From an uncultured Ruficoccus sp. (GTDB lineage Bacteria; Verrucomicrobiota; Verrucomicrobiia; Opitutales; Cerasicoccaceae), in the NCBI GenBank assembly GCA_965140785.1, contig OZ223519.1, positions 192,001 through 256,000 on the forward strand: 64,000 nucleotides of DNA, read 5' to 3'. Below, piece by piece: positions 21,689-31,723 of this stretch (positions are counted from its first letter, which is position 1; every line of letters begins with the position of its first letter). The notes under the pieces are model-generated. The model was not told the origin of the DNA and searched no databases. It worked only from the letters and a program-made list of their open reading frames with translations. The position numbers and the translations under genes are program-made.

Positions 21689-24505
21689 TCAGTTCCCCGT
21701 GCCCCCGGATTTGAATTCCGCGCGGGCCAGCAGGCGCATCTGGTAGGCCGTGAACCCGATCAGGATGCCGCCCATGATCCACGCCATGGCCGTGCCCACT
21801 CCATAGTCCAGGTCCATGAACGTGCGGTAAAAGATGGCCAGCGAGAGCGTGCGCGTGGCTTCGTTGGGACCGCCGCCGGTCATGACCAGGATCTGGTCGG
21901 CCCCGCCCTTGAAGGCTGCCACCAGCGCGGCGATCAGGTTGATCACGATGAGAAACTTCATCCGCGGCAGGGTGATGTAACAGACCTTGTGCCAGAAGTC
22001 CGCCCCGTCGATGGCGGCGGCTTCGTACAACTCGTCCGGGATGCTTTTCAGCCCGGCCAGGTAAATGATGCAGCCCGGTCCGCTCGCTGCCCAGACCGAA
22101 GGGATGATGATGCAGAGCATGGCCATGTCCGGGTCCTGCAGCCAGCGCTGCGGCTCGATCTGGAAACGCCCGGCCAGGCTGCCCAGCACCGCTGCCGCCT
22201 CTCCCCATCCGCCCGCTTGCGCCGCTTGCACGAGCGGGGCCAGCGTCAGCACCGCGAAGCCCAGCCCGACGGCCCACAGGCACAGCTTCAGACCGAGGGG
22301 CATTTCGCTCAGCTTGAAGGGCAGGCCCAGCAGCAGCGCGAGCAGCCCCAGCCAGCAGGCCAGCAGCAGGCCCTTAATCAGCGTGGCCGGGACGGAGCCG
22401 AGCTGGTTGAGCGAAAGCAGGAGCTGGTTGAGCGTACCCGAGGGTGCCGGGTCGTACATCTGCAACCACAGGAACATGACCACGATCCCGACCAGCACCG
22501 AGGGCAGGTAAAAGACCGTGCGGAAAAAGTACTTCGCGAAAGTCGTCGGCACCTCCTGCAGCAGGATGGCCAGCAGGATGGGGGGCCAGAAGCCCAGCCC
22601 GATCATCAGCGCGACGAAGTAAAACTCCCGCCATAGCGCGTCCCAGAAGCGTGGGTCGTAGAGGATGGTGGCGAAGTTGTCCACGCCCACCCAGCGGCTG
22701 GGCAGTACCAGCTCGTAGTCCATGAATGTCAGGGTGGCCCCGCCCAGAATGAGCGGCAGGTACTGCCACAGCAGAATGAGCACAAAGGCCGGGAGCAGCA
22801 GCGCCCAGCCACGCAGCAGGTTACGCCGGTGGCTCTGGCGGCTCAGATCGAGCGACGGACCGGTTTGGCCAAAGCTCCGCCACACCGCCCCGATGCCAAA
22901 GGCGAAGGCCGCGCCCAGCACCGCGAGCACGCCCCCGGCCACGAACCGCCGTTCGCGCATTTCCTCCGGGGGAATTTGCCCGAGAGCGCGGGCGTTGACG
23001 TCGGCTTCGGCGGCTTGGAGCAGGGCTAAAATATTGGCCCGCGCTTCCTCCGGGGACATATTTTGGTAATCGCGTTCAAGTGCCTGGTTGATCGGCTGTG
23101 AGAGCATGCGATAGATGAACTGCGTGCCGCGCCCGTAGGGCTCCGGGACGCCCCCCTCGAGCGCTTCGCGGTAGGTGGCCTTCCAGCCGGGCGGCACACG
23201 GGCCAGCAGCCGTTCGTAGCCGAATTTCTCCAGGAGGTCGGGATTGACGAAGGCCCCGTAGCCACGATCGACAAAGATCTGCGTGCGCAACTGCCGGGCC
23301 TCGTCGCCGGTGACAAACCACAGGTAGCGCATGGCGGCGAGCTGCTGGGCCGGGCTGCTCTCACTGAAGACCCCGAGCATGCGGGCGTTGAGCAGGCTGC
23401 CGCGCTGGCCGTCCGGCCCGGCGGGCAGGGGAGCGATGCCGACCAGTTGCGGGTTGATCGCGGCCAGCATTTGGTCATCGAGCGAGCCGAAGCTCATACT
23501 GACCTGCCCGCGTTTCCAGAGGTTGCTAAAGTCTGGCCGCAGGACCGCTGCCCCTTGGAGGGTCACACCGTCGCGGGTGTAGGGCTCGCGCAGCAGCCGC
23601 CAGAAGTACAGCACCCCCTCGGCCGCGCCGGGCGTGGCGAAGGTGGCCCGCCACTGACCGCTCTTATCCGGTTCCATGGCGCGGGTGCCGTCATTGACCA
23701 GAAACTGGTAGGCCTGGTAGCTGATGCCGTCGCCGGGGCTGAAGGCGAGCGCGTAGCGACGGCGGGCGGGATCGTGCAGTTGCCGGGCGTAGGCCAGGAG
23801 TTCTTCCCAGGTCTGCGGCGGGCGGTTGGGATCGAGCCCGGCGGCCTGAAAGTGGTCCTTGCGGTAAAAGAGCGCCCGCACCAGCGTCGAGGTCGGCAGC
23901 GTCCAGACGTGCTTGCCGCTGAAGCGTCCGCTCAGGTCCTCGCGGTAAACGACCGGCCAGGCCCGCTCGGGCACGCGCTGGCGGATCAGCTCCAGGGCGG
24001 CGGCAGTTGCCTCGGCACTCGGGTCGGCTCGCCAGCGGCCTTGGGCATCGGTTTGGCGGACGGCGGGGTCGTCGCTCAAGACCCGGGCCAGGAGCGTTTC
24101 CAGCGGCAGGAGAAAGCCGTGCTCATTGTAAGTGGCCGACTGGCGGAAGTTGACGTAGATGGCGTTCGCGCCCATTCCGGCGGCGATAGCCATGAGCGAG
24201 CCCGAGTCGCGCGCGTCGTCGATCCCGATCGCGGGCATGGCAAAGGATTGGATACGCACGTCCGGATTTTTATCCAGAAAGGCGCGGACGACTTCCCGCT
24301 TGGCCAGCGCGTCGATGGTGACCTCGCCGGGCTGGGGCAGGTTTTCCACCACGATCGTGACGGGGGGCGCGGGTTCGTCCGATGCGGGAGCAGGACCGCT
24401 CGCCCCCACCGCCGTCAGACCGGCCAAAGCCCCGGTCAAACCAGCCGCCAGCCCACGCAGCCGTCGAAAAAGCGGAAGCCGGTGAGAGGTGCGAAGGGCG
24501 GGCAT
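21689..24505 (-). CDS. Sugar-binding protein fused to a MalF-like ABC permease
   Basis: SBP-like motifs ALFYRKDHFQAAGLDPNRPPQTWEELLAYARQL and GIAPLPAGPDG; C-terminal WVGVDNF, FFRTVFYLPSV, YLAGLKSIPDELYEAAAIDGA, MTGGGPN. Confidence 0.88.
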   Translation of the reverse strand: MPALRTSHRLPLFRRLRGLAAGLTGALAGLTAVGASGPAPASDEPAPPVTIVVENLPQPGEVTIDALAKREVVRAFLDKNPDVRIQSFAMPAIGIDDARDSGSLMAIAAGMGANAIYVNFRQSATYNEHGFLLPLETLLARVLSDDPAVRQTDAQGRWRADPSAEATAAALELIRQRVPERAWPVVYREDLSGRFSGKHVWTLPTSTLVRALFYRKDHFQAAGLDPNRPPQTWEELLAYARQLHDPARRRYALAFSPGDGISYQAYQFLVNDGTRAMEPDKSGQWRATFATPGAAEGVLYFWRLLREPYTRDGVTLQGAAVLRPDFSNLWKRGQVSMSFGSLDDQMLAAINPQLVGIAPLPAGPDGQRGSLLNARMLGVFSESSPAQQLAAMRYLWFVTGDEARQLRTQIFVDRGYGAFVNPDLLEKFGYERLLARVPPGWKATYREALEGGVPEPYGRGTQFIYRMLSQPINQALERDYQNMSPEEARANILALLQAAEADVNARALGQIPPEEMRERRFVAGGVLAVLGAAFAFGIGAVWRSFGQTGPSLDLSRQSHRRNLLRGWALLLPAFVLILLWQYLPLILGGATLTFMDYELVLPSRWVGVDNFATILYDPRFWDALWREFYFVALMIGLGFWPPILLAILLQEVPTTFAKYFFRTVFYLPSVLVGIVVMFLWLQMYDPAPSGTLNQLLLSLNQLGSVPATLIKGLLLACWLGLLALLLGLPFKLSEMPLGLKLCLWAVGLGFAVLTLAPLVQAAQAGGWGEAAAVLGSLAGRFQIEPQRWLQDPDMAMLCIIIPSVWAASGPGCIIYLAGLKSIPDELYEAAAIDGADFWHKVCYITLPRMKFLIVINLIAALVAAFKGGADQILVMTGGGPNEATRTLSLAIFYRTFMDLDYGVGTAMAWIMGGILIGFTAYQMRLLARAEFKSGGTGN

Positions 24506-24703
24506 GAAGGGGAGTTTGGAATATCCGGGCGGGCGGGTAAATCTTGTTATTGCGTCAGCCTCGTGCTTCACCCGGGAATCCGCGGGAACCGCGCAGATTT
24601 AAACCTGTCGTAAGGGATGCTTATTCTTTGTTCTTTGTCTATGAAGGTTGTTGATGGATTGGGCGGCCGAGGGTAGACTCAAGAGGTACTGGAGGTTGAA
24701 GTT

Positions 24704-26125
24704 ATGAATATTGCCACTGAAGTGATTGAGCGGAGCAAGCGCAACTGGTCGCGCCTGCCGAAGGTGCTGGGCCTCTCCCGGCGGGGAGCCACCGGCGAGG
24801 GTAAAAACGGATTGAGCGCGTCCGAGGTCAAGCCGCTGCGCGAGCACATCGAGGCCTGCATCGCTCAGCGTGGCGGCCAGGTTTCCGCCTCGCAGCAGGC
24901 CGCCCGGCTCGCTGCACACTACGGCCAATGGAACGCGGCGGAGAAGTACCGCTTTCTCGAGCTGCTGCTGGACGATTTCGACATCGACGAGGCACAGGTG
25001 CGCGAGGCCATGCAGGCTGCCGGGAATGTCACCGGTGAGGAGCTGCGCAACGCCTGCCCAGCCCTGCGCAAGGCGCTGGTGCCGGCGCGGGCCGAGCTGC
25101 TGCGGCAGTGGACGCTGCTCCCGGCGGGGGTGAAGTTTCTGGTCGATCTGCGCCGTGACGTCTTCGGACTGATGAAGGACGAGCCGCGCTTCAAGCCGCT
25201 GAGCACCGACATCAAGGAACTGCTCGCCTCGCTCTTCAACGTCGGCATCCTCCAGCTCCAATCCATCAACTGGAAGTCCCCGGCCTCCCTGCTGGAAAAA
25301 CTCATCGCCTACGAGGCCGTGCACGAAATCCAGAGTTGGGAGGACTTGAAGAACCGCCTCGACGTGGACCGCCGCTGCTTCGCCTTCTTCCACCCGAACA
25401 TGCCGGAGGAGCCGCTCATCTTTATCGAGGTGGCCCTGTGCAAGGGCGTGGCGGACAATGTCCAGAAACTGCTGGATACCTCCCTGCCCGCGCTTCAGCC
25501 CCAGGGGGCCGACACCGCCGTTTTCTTTTCCATTTCCAACACGCAGAAGGGACTGGCCGGGATTCCCTTCGGCGGCTTCCTCATCAAGCAGGTGGTGGAC
25601 CGCCTCCAGCACGACGTGCCCAGCGTCAAGACCTTCATCACGCTCTCACCCATCCCGGGCTTCCGCAAGTGGGTGGAAGGCGAGGGCGGCTTGTCCGTCC
25701 TGAAGGGACTCGACACGAAAAAGCTCAAGGCCGCCGCACCGGGGCTGGCCGCGCCGGAGAATTTCGCCGAGTATCTGGCCGGGCTCGACTGGGAGCATCC
25801 TGAGTCGATCAGCGAGGAGTTCCGCCTGCTGCTGCGCGGGCTGTGTGCACGCTACCTGACCCAGGCCAAGCGCGGGAACGGACCGACTGCCCTGGACCCG
25901 GTGGCGCACTTCCACCTCAACAACGGCGCCCGCATCGAACAGATCAATTGGGGGGCTAACCTCACCGCCCGCGGCCTGCGCGAATCCTGCGGGCTGATGG
26001 TCAACTACCGCTACAAGCTCGAACGCATTGAGAAGCATCACGAGGACTATCTGCACAAGGGCCGGGTCCACACCTCTTCGATGGTCAAGAGCCTGCGCGC
26101 CAAAGCCGCCGAGGCCAAAGGCTGA
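24704..26125 (+). CDS. matA: Malonyl-CoA decarboxylase
   Basis: YEAVHEI, DRRCFAFFHPNMPEEPLIFIEVAL, FFSISNTQKGLAGI, TLSPIPGF, LDPVAHFHLNNGA, SCGLMVNYRY. Confidence 0.93.
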   Translation: MNIATEVIERSKRNWSRLPKVLGLSRRGATGEGKNGLSASEVKPLREHIEACIAQRGGQVSASQQAARLAAHYGQWNAAEKYRFLELLLDDFDIDEAQVREAMQAAGNVTGEELRNACPALRKALVPARAELLRQWTLLPAGVKFLVDLRRDVFGLMKDEPRFKPLSTDIKELLASLFNVGILQLQSINWKSPASLLEKLIAYEAVHEIQSWEDLKNRLDVDRRCFAFFHPNMPEEPLIFIEVALCKGVADNVQKLLDTSLPALQPQGADTAVFFSISNTQKGLAGIPFGGFLIKQVVDRLQHDVPSVKTFITLSPIPGFRKWVEGEGGLSVLKGLDTKKLKAAAPGLAAPENFAEYLAGLDWEHPESISEEFRLLLRGLCARYLTQAKRGNGPTALDPVAHFHLNNGARIEQINWGANLTARGLRESCGLMVNYRYKLERIEKHHEDYLHKGRVHTSSMVKSLRAKAAEAKG

Positions 26126-26260
26126 CGCTTGAAGGGGCTGGCCGGGCTCCGAAGGCCTGTGTTGTATTTGCCCGGCATGACAGTATTTTTAGATTAAAAT
26201 AGATCTTATAAATGATTAATTGATTTTTTTTATTGTGACGATCATGCCTTTTTAAGGAGA

Positions 26261-26274
26261 AACGTTGCAACGTT
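26261..26274. promoter_or_regulatory. 14-bp perfect palindrome in an AT-rich promoter region
   Basis: AACGTTGCAACGTT ends 27 bp before the GT4 start codon. Confidence 0.4.
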
Positions 26275-26300
26275 AAGGCAACTGGCTATGCTGGTAGAGC

Positions 26301-27653
26301 ATGGCAGATGAAGTTTACCTTAAGCCACCAACCGTAAAACGCGCCAGACGCGCTCAAAAGCGTTCGCGTATCGCCATGGTGTCCACCCATGGGTATGTGG
26401 CCGCCGAACCGCCGCTGGGCTTGCCCGACACCGGCGGTCAGGTCGTGTATGTGCTGGAGCTGGCAAAGAAGCTCGCTCAGCTCGGCTACGAGGTCGATAT
26501 CTGGACGCGCCGCTTCGAGGACCAGCGCGAAGTCGAAAAGGTGGACGACCATGTGCGCATCCTGCGCATGTGCTGCGGCGGCAAGGAGTTCATCCCGAAG
26601 GAATACCTTTACAAGAAGCTGCCGGAGTGGACCGAGAACGCGCTGCGCTACATCCAGAAGAAGAACTACAAGTACGAGTTTATCAATTCCCACTACTGGG
26701 ACGCCGGGCTCGCCGGGCAGCACATGGCCGAGGAGCTGAATGTGCCGCACATCCACACGCCGCACTCGATCGGTACCTGGAAGCAGCGCCTGATGCGCGA
26801 GGACTCCACGGACGATGACGCGCGGCTGGAGGAGGTTTATAACTTTTCACGCCGCATCCATCACGAGTCCACGCTCTACCGCGAGTGCGACATGGTGGTG
26901 GCGACCTCGCCCATCCAGCTCGATATGTTCAAGGCCGACTACGGCCTGCCCGCCGACAAGGTGAAGATGATCCCCCCCGGCTACGACGACAACCGCTTCT
27001 TCCCCGTGAGCGAGGCCAGCCGCATCTCCATTCGCGAGTCCCTCCAGTACGACCCGGACGTCAAAGTCGTCGCCTCCATCGGTCGCCTGGCCCGCAACAA
27101 AGGCTTCGACCTGCTGGTGGACGCCTTCGCGGTGGTCGCTAAACACACGGACAATGTCGTCCTGCGCCTGGCCGTGGGAACCGAGACCGAGCAGACGATG
27201 GAGGACCCGATGCTCAAGGAATTGATCGACAAGATCAAGGGGCATGGTATCCAGGAGCGCGTCATCCTCAGCGGCTCACTCGAGGACCCGGATATGCCCG
27301 ACTTTTACCGGGCCGCCGATGTGTTCTGCCTGCCCAGCCGCTACGAGCCCTTTGGCATGACCGCGATTGAAGCCATGGCCTGCGGCACGCCTACCGTTGT
27401 GACAACCCACGGCGGGCTTTTCCGTACGCTGACTTATGGAATCGACGCGCTCTACGCTGACAGTTTCGACGCCGGGGATTTTGGTTATACGATTCTCAAG
27501 GCGCTGCGCCATCCGGCCATCCACAACCGTCTGGCCTCTAGCGGTGCGCACAAGGTGCGGAGCCTGTTCACCTGGACGGGGATCGCGCAGCAGTTGCTGA
27601 AAATCGTCGAGGGCCGGCACATCCCGCGCCTGGAAGTTACTGAAGCGGGTTGA
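26301..27653 (+). CDS. mfpsA: GT4 sucrose-phosphate-synthase-like glycosyltransferase, most like mannosylfructose-phosphate synthase
   Basis: RIAMVSTHGYVAAEPPLG.PDTGGQVVYVLELA, TRRFEDQ, CGGKEFIPKEYL, FINSHYWDAG, HTPHS, PSRYEPFGMTAIEAMACG. Resembles Agrobacterium MfpsA as recalled; not database-checked. Confidence 0.8.
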   Translation: MADEVYLKPPTVKRARRAQKRSRIAMVSTHGYVAAEPPLGLPDTGGQVVYVLELAKKLAQLGYEVDIWTRRFEDQREVEKVDDHVRILRMCCGGKEFIPKEYLYKKLPEWTENALRYIQKKNYKYEFINSHYWDAGLAGQHMAEELNVPHIHTPHSIGTWKQRLMREDSTDDDARLEEVYNFSRRIHHESTLYRECDMVVATSPIQLDMFKADYGLPADKVKMIPPGYDDNRFFPVSEASRISIRESLQYDPDVKVVASIGRLARNKGFDLLVDAFAVVAKHTDNVVLRLAVGTETEQTMEDPMLKELIDKIKGHGIQERVILSGSLEDPDMPDFYRAADVFCLPSRYEPFGMTAIEAMACGTPTVVTTHGGLFRTLTYGIDALYADSFDAGDFGYTILKALRHPAIHNRLASSGAHKVRSLFTWTGIAQQLLKIVEGRHIPRLEVTEAG

Positions 27654-27743
27654 TCCTCGCCCGATCTTGTCCATAGTTGCGCGTGACCGGTGCGGATGCG
27701 GTCTTGCGTCAGCCGGTTTACGTCACATTCGTTACATCGATTC

Positions 27744-29828
27744 ATGGCTGCACAAAACGATAAGCAAACACCGCCGTTCCGGGTTTTCTGTTCGGATATT
27801 GACGGCACGTTGCTGGGCAAGGCGGACGCCGCGCTCGCCTTCGCTCACACTTGGGAGTCGATCCCGAAAAAGAAGCGCCCCCTGCTGGTGTATAATACCG
27901 GGCGCCTGCTCGACGATGTGCAGCGGCTGATCAAGAAGAAGCGCCTGCCGATTCCGGACTACTGCATCTGCGGCGTGGGCACGGTGATCTACGACTTCAA
28001 GAAGACCGAGTGCATCAAGGCCTTCTCGGTCGTGCTGGAGGAGGGCTGGGACCTGGGCCGGGTGGAGGAAATCGTGCGCGAGTGTATGCCCGCTGCCGGC
28101 CGCCAGCCTGAGCGTTTTCAGACGCCTTTCAAGTCCAGTTGGTACGCCAGTTGTGAAGACAAGGAGCTGGACCACCTCGAGGAGCGCCTCAACGAGGACG
28201 GGCTCTCGACCAACGTCGTGTACTCCAGTGGGCGCGATCTGGACGTGCTGCCCAAGTTCGCGGACAAGGGCAACGCCCTGTCCTGGCTGCTCAAGTTTCT
28301 CAAGATTCCGCGTGAGAAGTGCCTCGTCGCCGGGGACACCGGCAACGACAACGCCATGTTCCTCAAGCGCGGCGTGCGCGGGATCGTCGTCAGCAACGCC
28401 CAGCCGGAGCTGCTGGAGCGCATGCTGGGCCGCGACGAAATCTACCGTGCCGAGGGGTCCTGTGGCGACGGTGTGCTCGAGGGCCTGATCCACTACGGCG
28501 TGATCGACAAGATCGTCGAGGGCGAGCCGGAGGAAGCGCTCAGCCACGTTCCCGAGATTCAGCACTTGATCGAGGAGGAGCACACCAGCCCCCTGAGTGA
28601 GCGCGACATGGACTTTATCCGCGAGGGTTACGAGCGCGCTATCGACGGGATCCGCCGCAACATCACGCCGAAGGGCTTCTCGGCCTGTTCGCTGGAGGAC
28701 AACAACACCCGCGGCACGGATGCCAACTATCGCAGTGTCTGGGCGCGCGACGGCGCGGTCACCATCGTCGGGACGATTGAGCTGGACGACCCGGACATCC
28801 GCGCCTGCCAGCGGGCCACGCTCGAAACGCTCATTGCCTGCATGACGCCGACCGGCCAGATCCCGGCCAATGTCAGTCTCGACACGGGCGAGCCGGATTA
28901 CTCCGGGGTGGGGGGCATCTGCTCCATCGACAGCGGCCTGTGGGTGATCATTGCTTTTGCCGAGTACATCCGGGCGACGCAGGACTTTGACTTTCTGCGC
29001 AGCCACATCGGCGCGCTGCAAAAGGCGATGGACTGGCTCAGTGCCCACGACAGCAACAACGACGCCCTCCTGGAAATTCCCGAGGCCGGGGACTGGACGG
29101 ACCTCTTTGGCCGCAGCTACCATGTGCTCATCGACGAGGTGCTGTGGTTCCGCTCCAATATCGCCTTCGGGCGGCTGATGGAGTACCTGGGCGAGTGGAA
29201 ACGGGCCGGGGACTACCTGCGCTGGGCCGGCTCGATCAAGAAGAAGATTTTTCGCGAATTCTGGCCCTCGGTCAAATCCGCGGGCGACCTCAACTACACT
29301 TTCGCCGACTCGCAGGCCTCGATGGGCGATACCAGCTACCTGCTGGCGCAGATCACGCCCTTCGACCATGACTGGCGCTGCGACATCTACGGCAACGCAC
29401 TGGCGTTTCTGTTCAACGTGATCGACCATGAGCACGCGCAGATCGCCTTCCGCTTCATGTGGGGCTCGGGTGTGAACGAACCCTTCCCGGTGAAAAACCT
29501 CTACCCGCCGGTCGAGTCGGGCGACCCGAACTGGAAGCGCTACTACACGGTCAACCTGCTCAACTTGCCCCAGCACTACCATAACGGCGGCATCTGGCCG
29601 CTGGTCGGTGGCGTCTGGGTACGCTTCCTCAACCGCCTCGGCCTGCGCGAGCTGGCCTGTGAGCAGTTGGTCAAGCTGGCCGAGTTGAACCACGCGGGCG
29701 CCTTTTACGAGTGGGAGTTCAACGAGTGGGCGCACGGCACCACGGGCAAGCCGATGGGCAAGGCCTTCCAGGCCTGGTCGTGCAGCGAGTACATCGCCGC
29801 CTGCCACGAGATAGGCCTCTTCGATTGA
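27744..29828 (+). CDS. Fusion of a HAD-IIB sucrose/mannosylfructose-phosphate phosphatase and a GH100 invertase-like hydrolase
   Basis: N-terminal FCSDIDGTL, YNTGR, DLDVLPKFADKGNAL, VAGDTGND; C-terminal NYRSVWARDG, IDSGLWVII, YHNGGIWP, FQAWS. Confidence 0.85.
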   Translation: MAAQNDKQTPPFRVFCSDIDGTLLGKADAALAFAHTWESIPKKKRPLLVYNTGRLLDDVQRLIKKKRLPIPDYCICGVGTVIYDFKKTECIKAFSVVLEEGWDLGRVEEIVRECMPAAGRQPERFQTPFKSSWYASCEDKELDHLEERLNEDGLSTNVVYSSGRDLDVLPKFADKGNALSWLLKFLKIPREKCLVAGDTGNDNAMFLKRGVRGIVVSNAQPELLERMLGRDEIYRAEGSCGDGVLEGLIHYGVIDKIVEGEPEEALSHVPEIQHLIEEEHTSPLSERDMDFIREGYERAIDGIRRNITPKGFSACSLEDNNTRGTDANYRSVWARDGAVTIVGTIELDDPDIRACQRATLETLIACMTPTGQIPANVSLDTGEPDYSGVGGICSIDSGLWVIIAFAEYIRATQDFDFLRSHIGALQKAMDWLSAHDSNNDALLEIPEAGDWTDLFGRSYHVLIDEVLWFRSNIAFGRLMEYLGEWKRAGDYLRWAGSIKKKIFREFWPSVKSAGDLNYTFADSQASMGDTSYLLAQITPFDHDWRCDIYGNALAFLFNVIDHEHAQIAFRFMWGSGVNEPFPVKNLYPPVESGDPNWKRYYTVNLLNLPQHYHNGGIWPLVGGVWVRFLNRLGLRELACEQLVKLAELNHAGAFYEWEFNEWAHGTTGKPMGKAFQAWSCSEYIAACHEIGLFD

Positions 29829-29835
29829 GCCGGGC

Positions 29836-30705
29836 TCAGGTCCGGGCGACCGTTAAGCGGTACTGGCGGGGCGTCATCCCCATGTGTCGCTTGAAGGTCC
29901 GGATGAAGTAGGAGGGTTCGTTAAACCCGCAGGCCCAGCCGACCTCCGAGATGTTGTACGTGGCCTCCTCCAGCAGGGTGCGCGCCTGGGCGATGCGCTC
30001 CTGCGCGATCCAGGTGGTCAGGGTCAGGCCCCGCTGGCGGTGGAACATGCGCGAGAGGTGGTCGGCGGTGCAGTTGAGAGCTTGGGCGATGCCCGCCACG
30101 GTGAGCGTGGATTCGCTCAGGTGCATGCGCGCGAATTTTTCAGCCTCCGACACCAGCAGGGAGTGGGGCTCCGTGTCCGGCTGGGGGGGCTGGCTCAACT
30201 CCGAGCACACGGCGAGCAGAAACGCCTCCAGCACCGCGTGGCAGTAGGCCTTTCGGTGTTTGCGCGACAGGCTCTCCAGATCGGAAACATCATCCAGGTA
30301 GCGGAAGATGTCATGCCCGCGTCCGCCCTGAAGGTGAAAGCGGTCGTAGCCGGTGATCTGATCGGAAATGTCGGATCGCGCGCGCAGCAGATAGACACCG
30401 TCGTGGGCATTCATGAATACGATAATGCCGTAAGGGGTTTTCTTGTTCCGGGGGGATTCGGCATGGGGGACGCCCCTGGGCATGACGCAGATGTCGCCGG
30501 TATTCAGTTGAAAGGTCTGCCCGGCGCAGTCGAAGTCGGTCGCTCCGCCCGTTTGTATAAAGAGTTCGGGGGTGGCGTGAAAGTGCGAGCGCGGGCGCTT
30601 GCGGTGCAGCTCCCGCCGCTGAGGGATGTGCACCCGCAGCTTCCCGGCGCGAAGCCGTGTCAGGCTATCATGAAGATCCTGACTGTAACGCTGGGCGGAG
30701 GACAT
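29836..30705 (-). CDS. AraC family regulator
   Basis: Cupin HFHATPELF...PRGVPHAE; HTH NISEVGWACGFNEPSYFIRTFKRHMGMTPRQYR. Confidence 0.93.
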   Translation of the reverse strand: MSSAQRYSQDLHDSLTRLRAGKLRVHIPQRRELHRKRPRSHFHATPELFIQTGGATDFDCAGQTFQLNTGDICVMPRGVPHAESPRNKKTPYGIIVFMNAHDGVYLLRARSDISDQITGYDRFHLQGGRGHDIFRYLDDVSDLESLSRKHRKAYCHAVLEAFLLAVCSELSQPPQPDTEPHSLLVSEAEKFARMHLSESTLTVAGIAQALNCTADHLSRMFHRQRGLTLTTWIAQERIAQARTLLEEATYNISEVGWACGFNEPSYFIRTFKRHMGMTPRQYRLTVART

Positions 30706-30868
30706 GGGGAATGTGAAAAATGCGGATGCCGGATTTGTACTATAAAGCTCGAATCAATCTCACTCTGCCCGCTTGTCAAAGCCAAAGAGTCGTGGCACGG
30801 TTTGGGCCATACTTAAAACCCATAACCCCGAGCGCGATGGATGCGCTCGAAACCCGTAGAAAGCGTTT

Positions 30869-31639
30869 ATGAGTTCACCGATCCGAGTCACCGTCTGGGG
30901 CGAATACCGCCACGAGAAGAAGAATCCCAAAGTCGCCGAAATCTACCCCGAGGGCATGCACGAGGCTATCGCCGGTTTTCTGGGCAAAGAGGCGGACCTG
31001 CAAGTGCGCACCGCCACGCTGGACGAGCCCGAGCACGGGCTGGGCGGCTCTGTCCTCGACGAGACCGATGTGCTCGTGTGGTGGGGGCACATGGCCCATG
31101 GAGAGGTTTCAGACGAAATCGTGGCCCAGGTCAAAACACGTGTCCTGGAAGGGATGGGCCTGATCGTGCTGCACTCCGGCCACTACGCCAAAATTTTCAA
31201 AAGCCTGATGGGCACGACCTGCTCGCTCAAGTGGCGCGAATCCACCGACAAGGAGCGCCTCTGGAACCTGATGCCTTCGCACCCGATCATGCAGGGGATC
31301 GGCGATTACTTTGAAATCCCGCAGGAGGAAATGTACGGTGAGCCCTTCGGCATCCCCACGCCGGACGAGTTACTCATGGTCTCCTGGTTCACCGGCGGGG
31401 AAGTCTTCCGCAGCGGGGCCACCTGGTATCGTGGTAACGGCCGGATCTTCTATTTCCGTCCCGGTCACGAGACTTACCCGACCTACCACCAGGCCGAGGT
31501 GCAGACGGTCATCACCAATGCCGTTCGCTGGGCGCGGGCGACGGTTCGCATCGAGGACGTGTGCCCGAATTCGCCCCCGCTCGAACCTCTGCCCGAGGAC
31601 CCCGAAGCCGCTTCACGCCCGACCGAAGGCTTTAAGTAA
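30869..31639 (+). CDS. thuA: ThuA trehalose-utilisation family protein
   Basis: [63 protein letters not shown]. Confidence 0.93.
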   Translation: MSSPIRVTVWGEYRHEKKNPKVAEIYPEGMHEAIAGFLGKEADLQVRTATLDEPEHGLGGSVLDETDVLVWWGHMAHGEVSDEIVAQVKTRVLEGMGLIVLHSGHYAKIFKSLMGTTCSLKWRESTDKERLWNLMPSHPIMQGIGDYFEIPQEEMYGEPFGIPTPDELLMVSWFTGGEVFRSGATWYRGNGRIFYFRPGHETYPTYHQAEVQTVITNAVRWARATVRIEDVCPNSPPLEPLPEDPEAASRPTEGFK

Positions 31640-31723
31640 GCCGGACCGTTGCCGTGGTTTTTATTTGGGGCCTGATCTTTGGAAAGGCCCGGTCCGTTAA
31701 TCCATCTGTATTTTGTTGAGCCC

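Noticed and set aside
27732..29807. 691-aa antisense ORF over the phosphatase-hydrolase gene
   Set aside because: Shadow ORF: high GC3 on the sense strand removes antisense stops, and it has no recognisable motifs.
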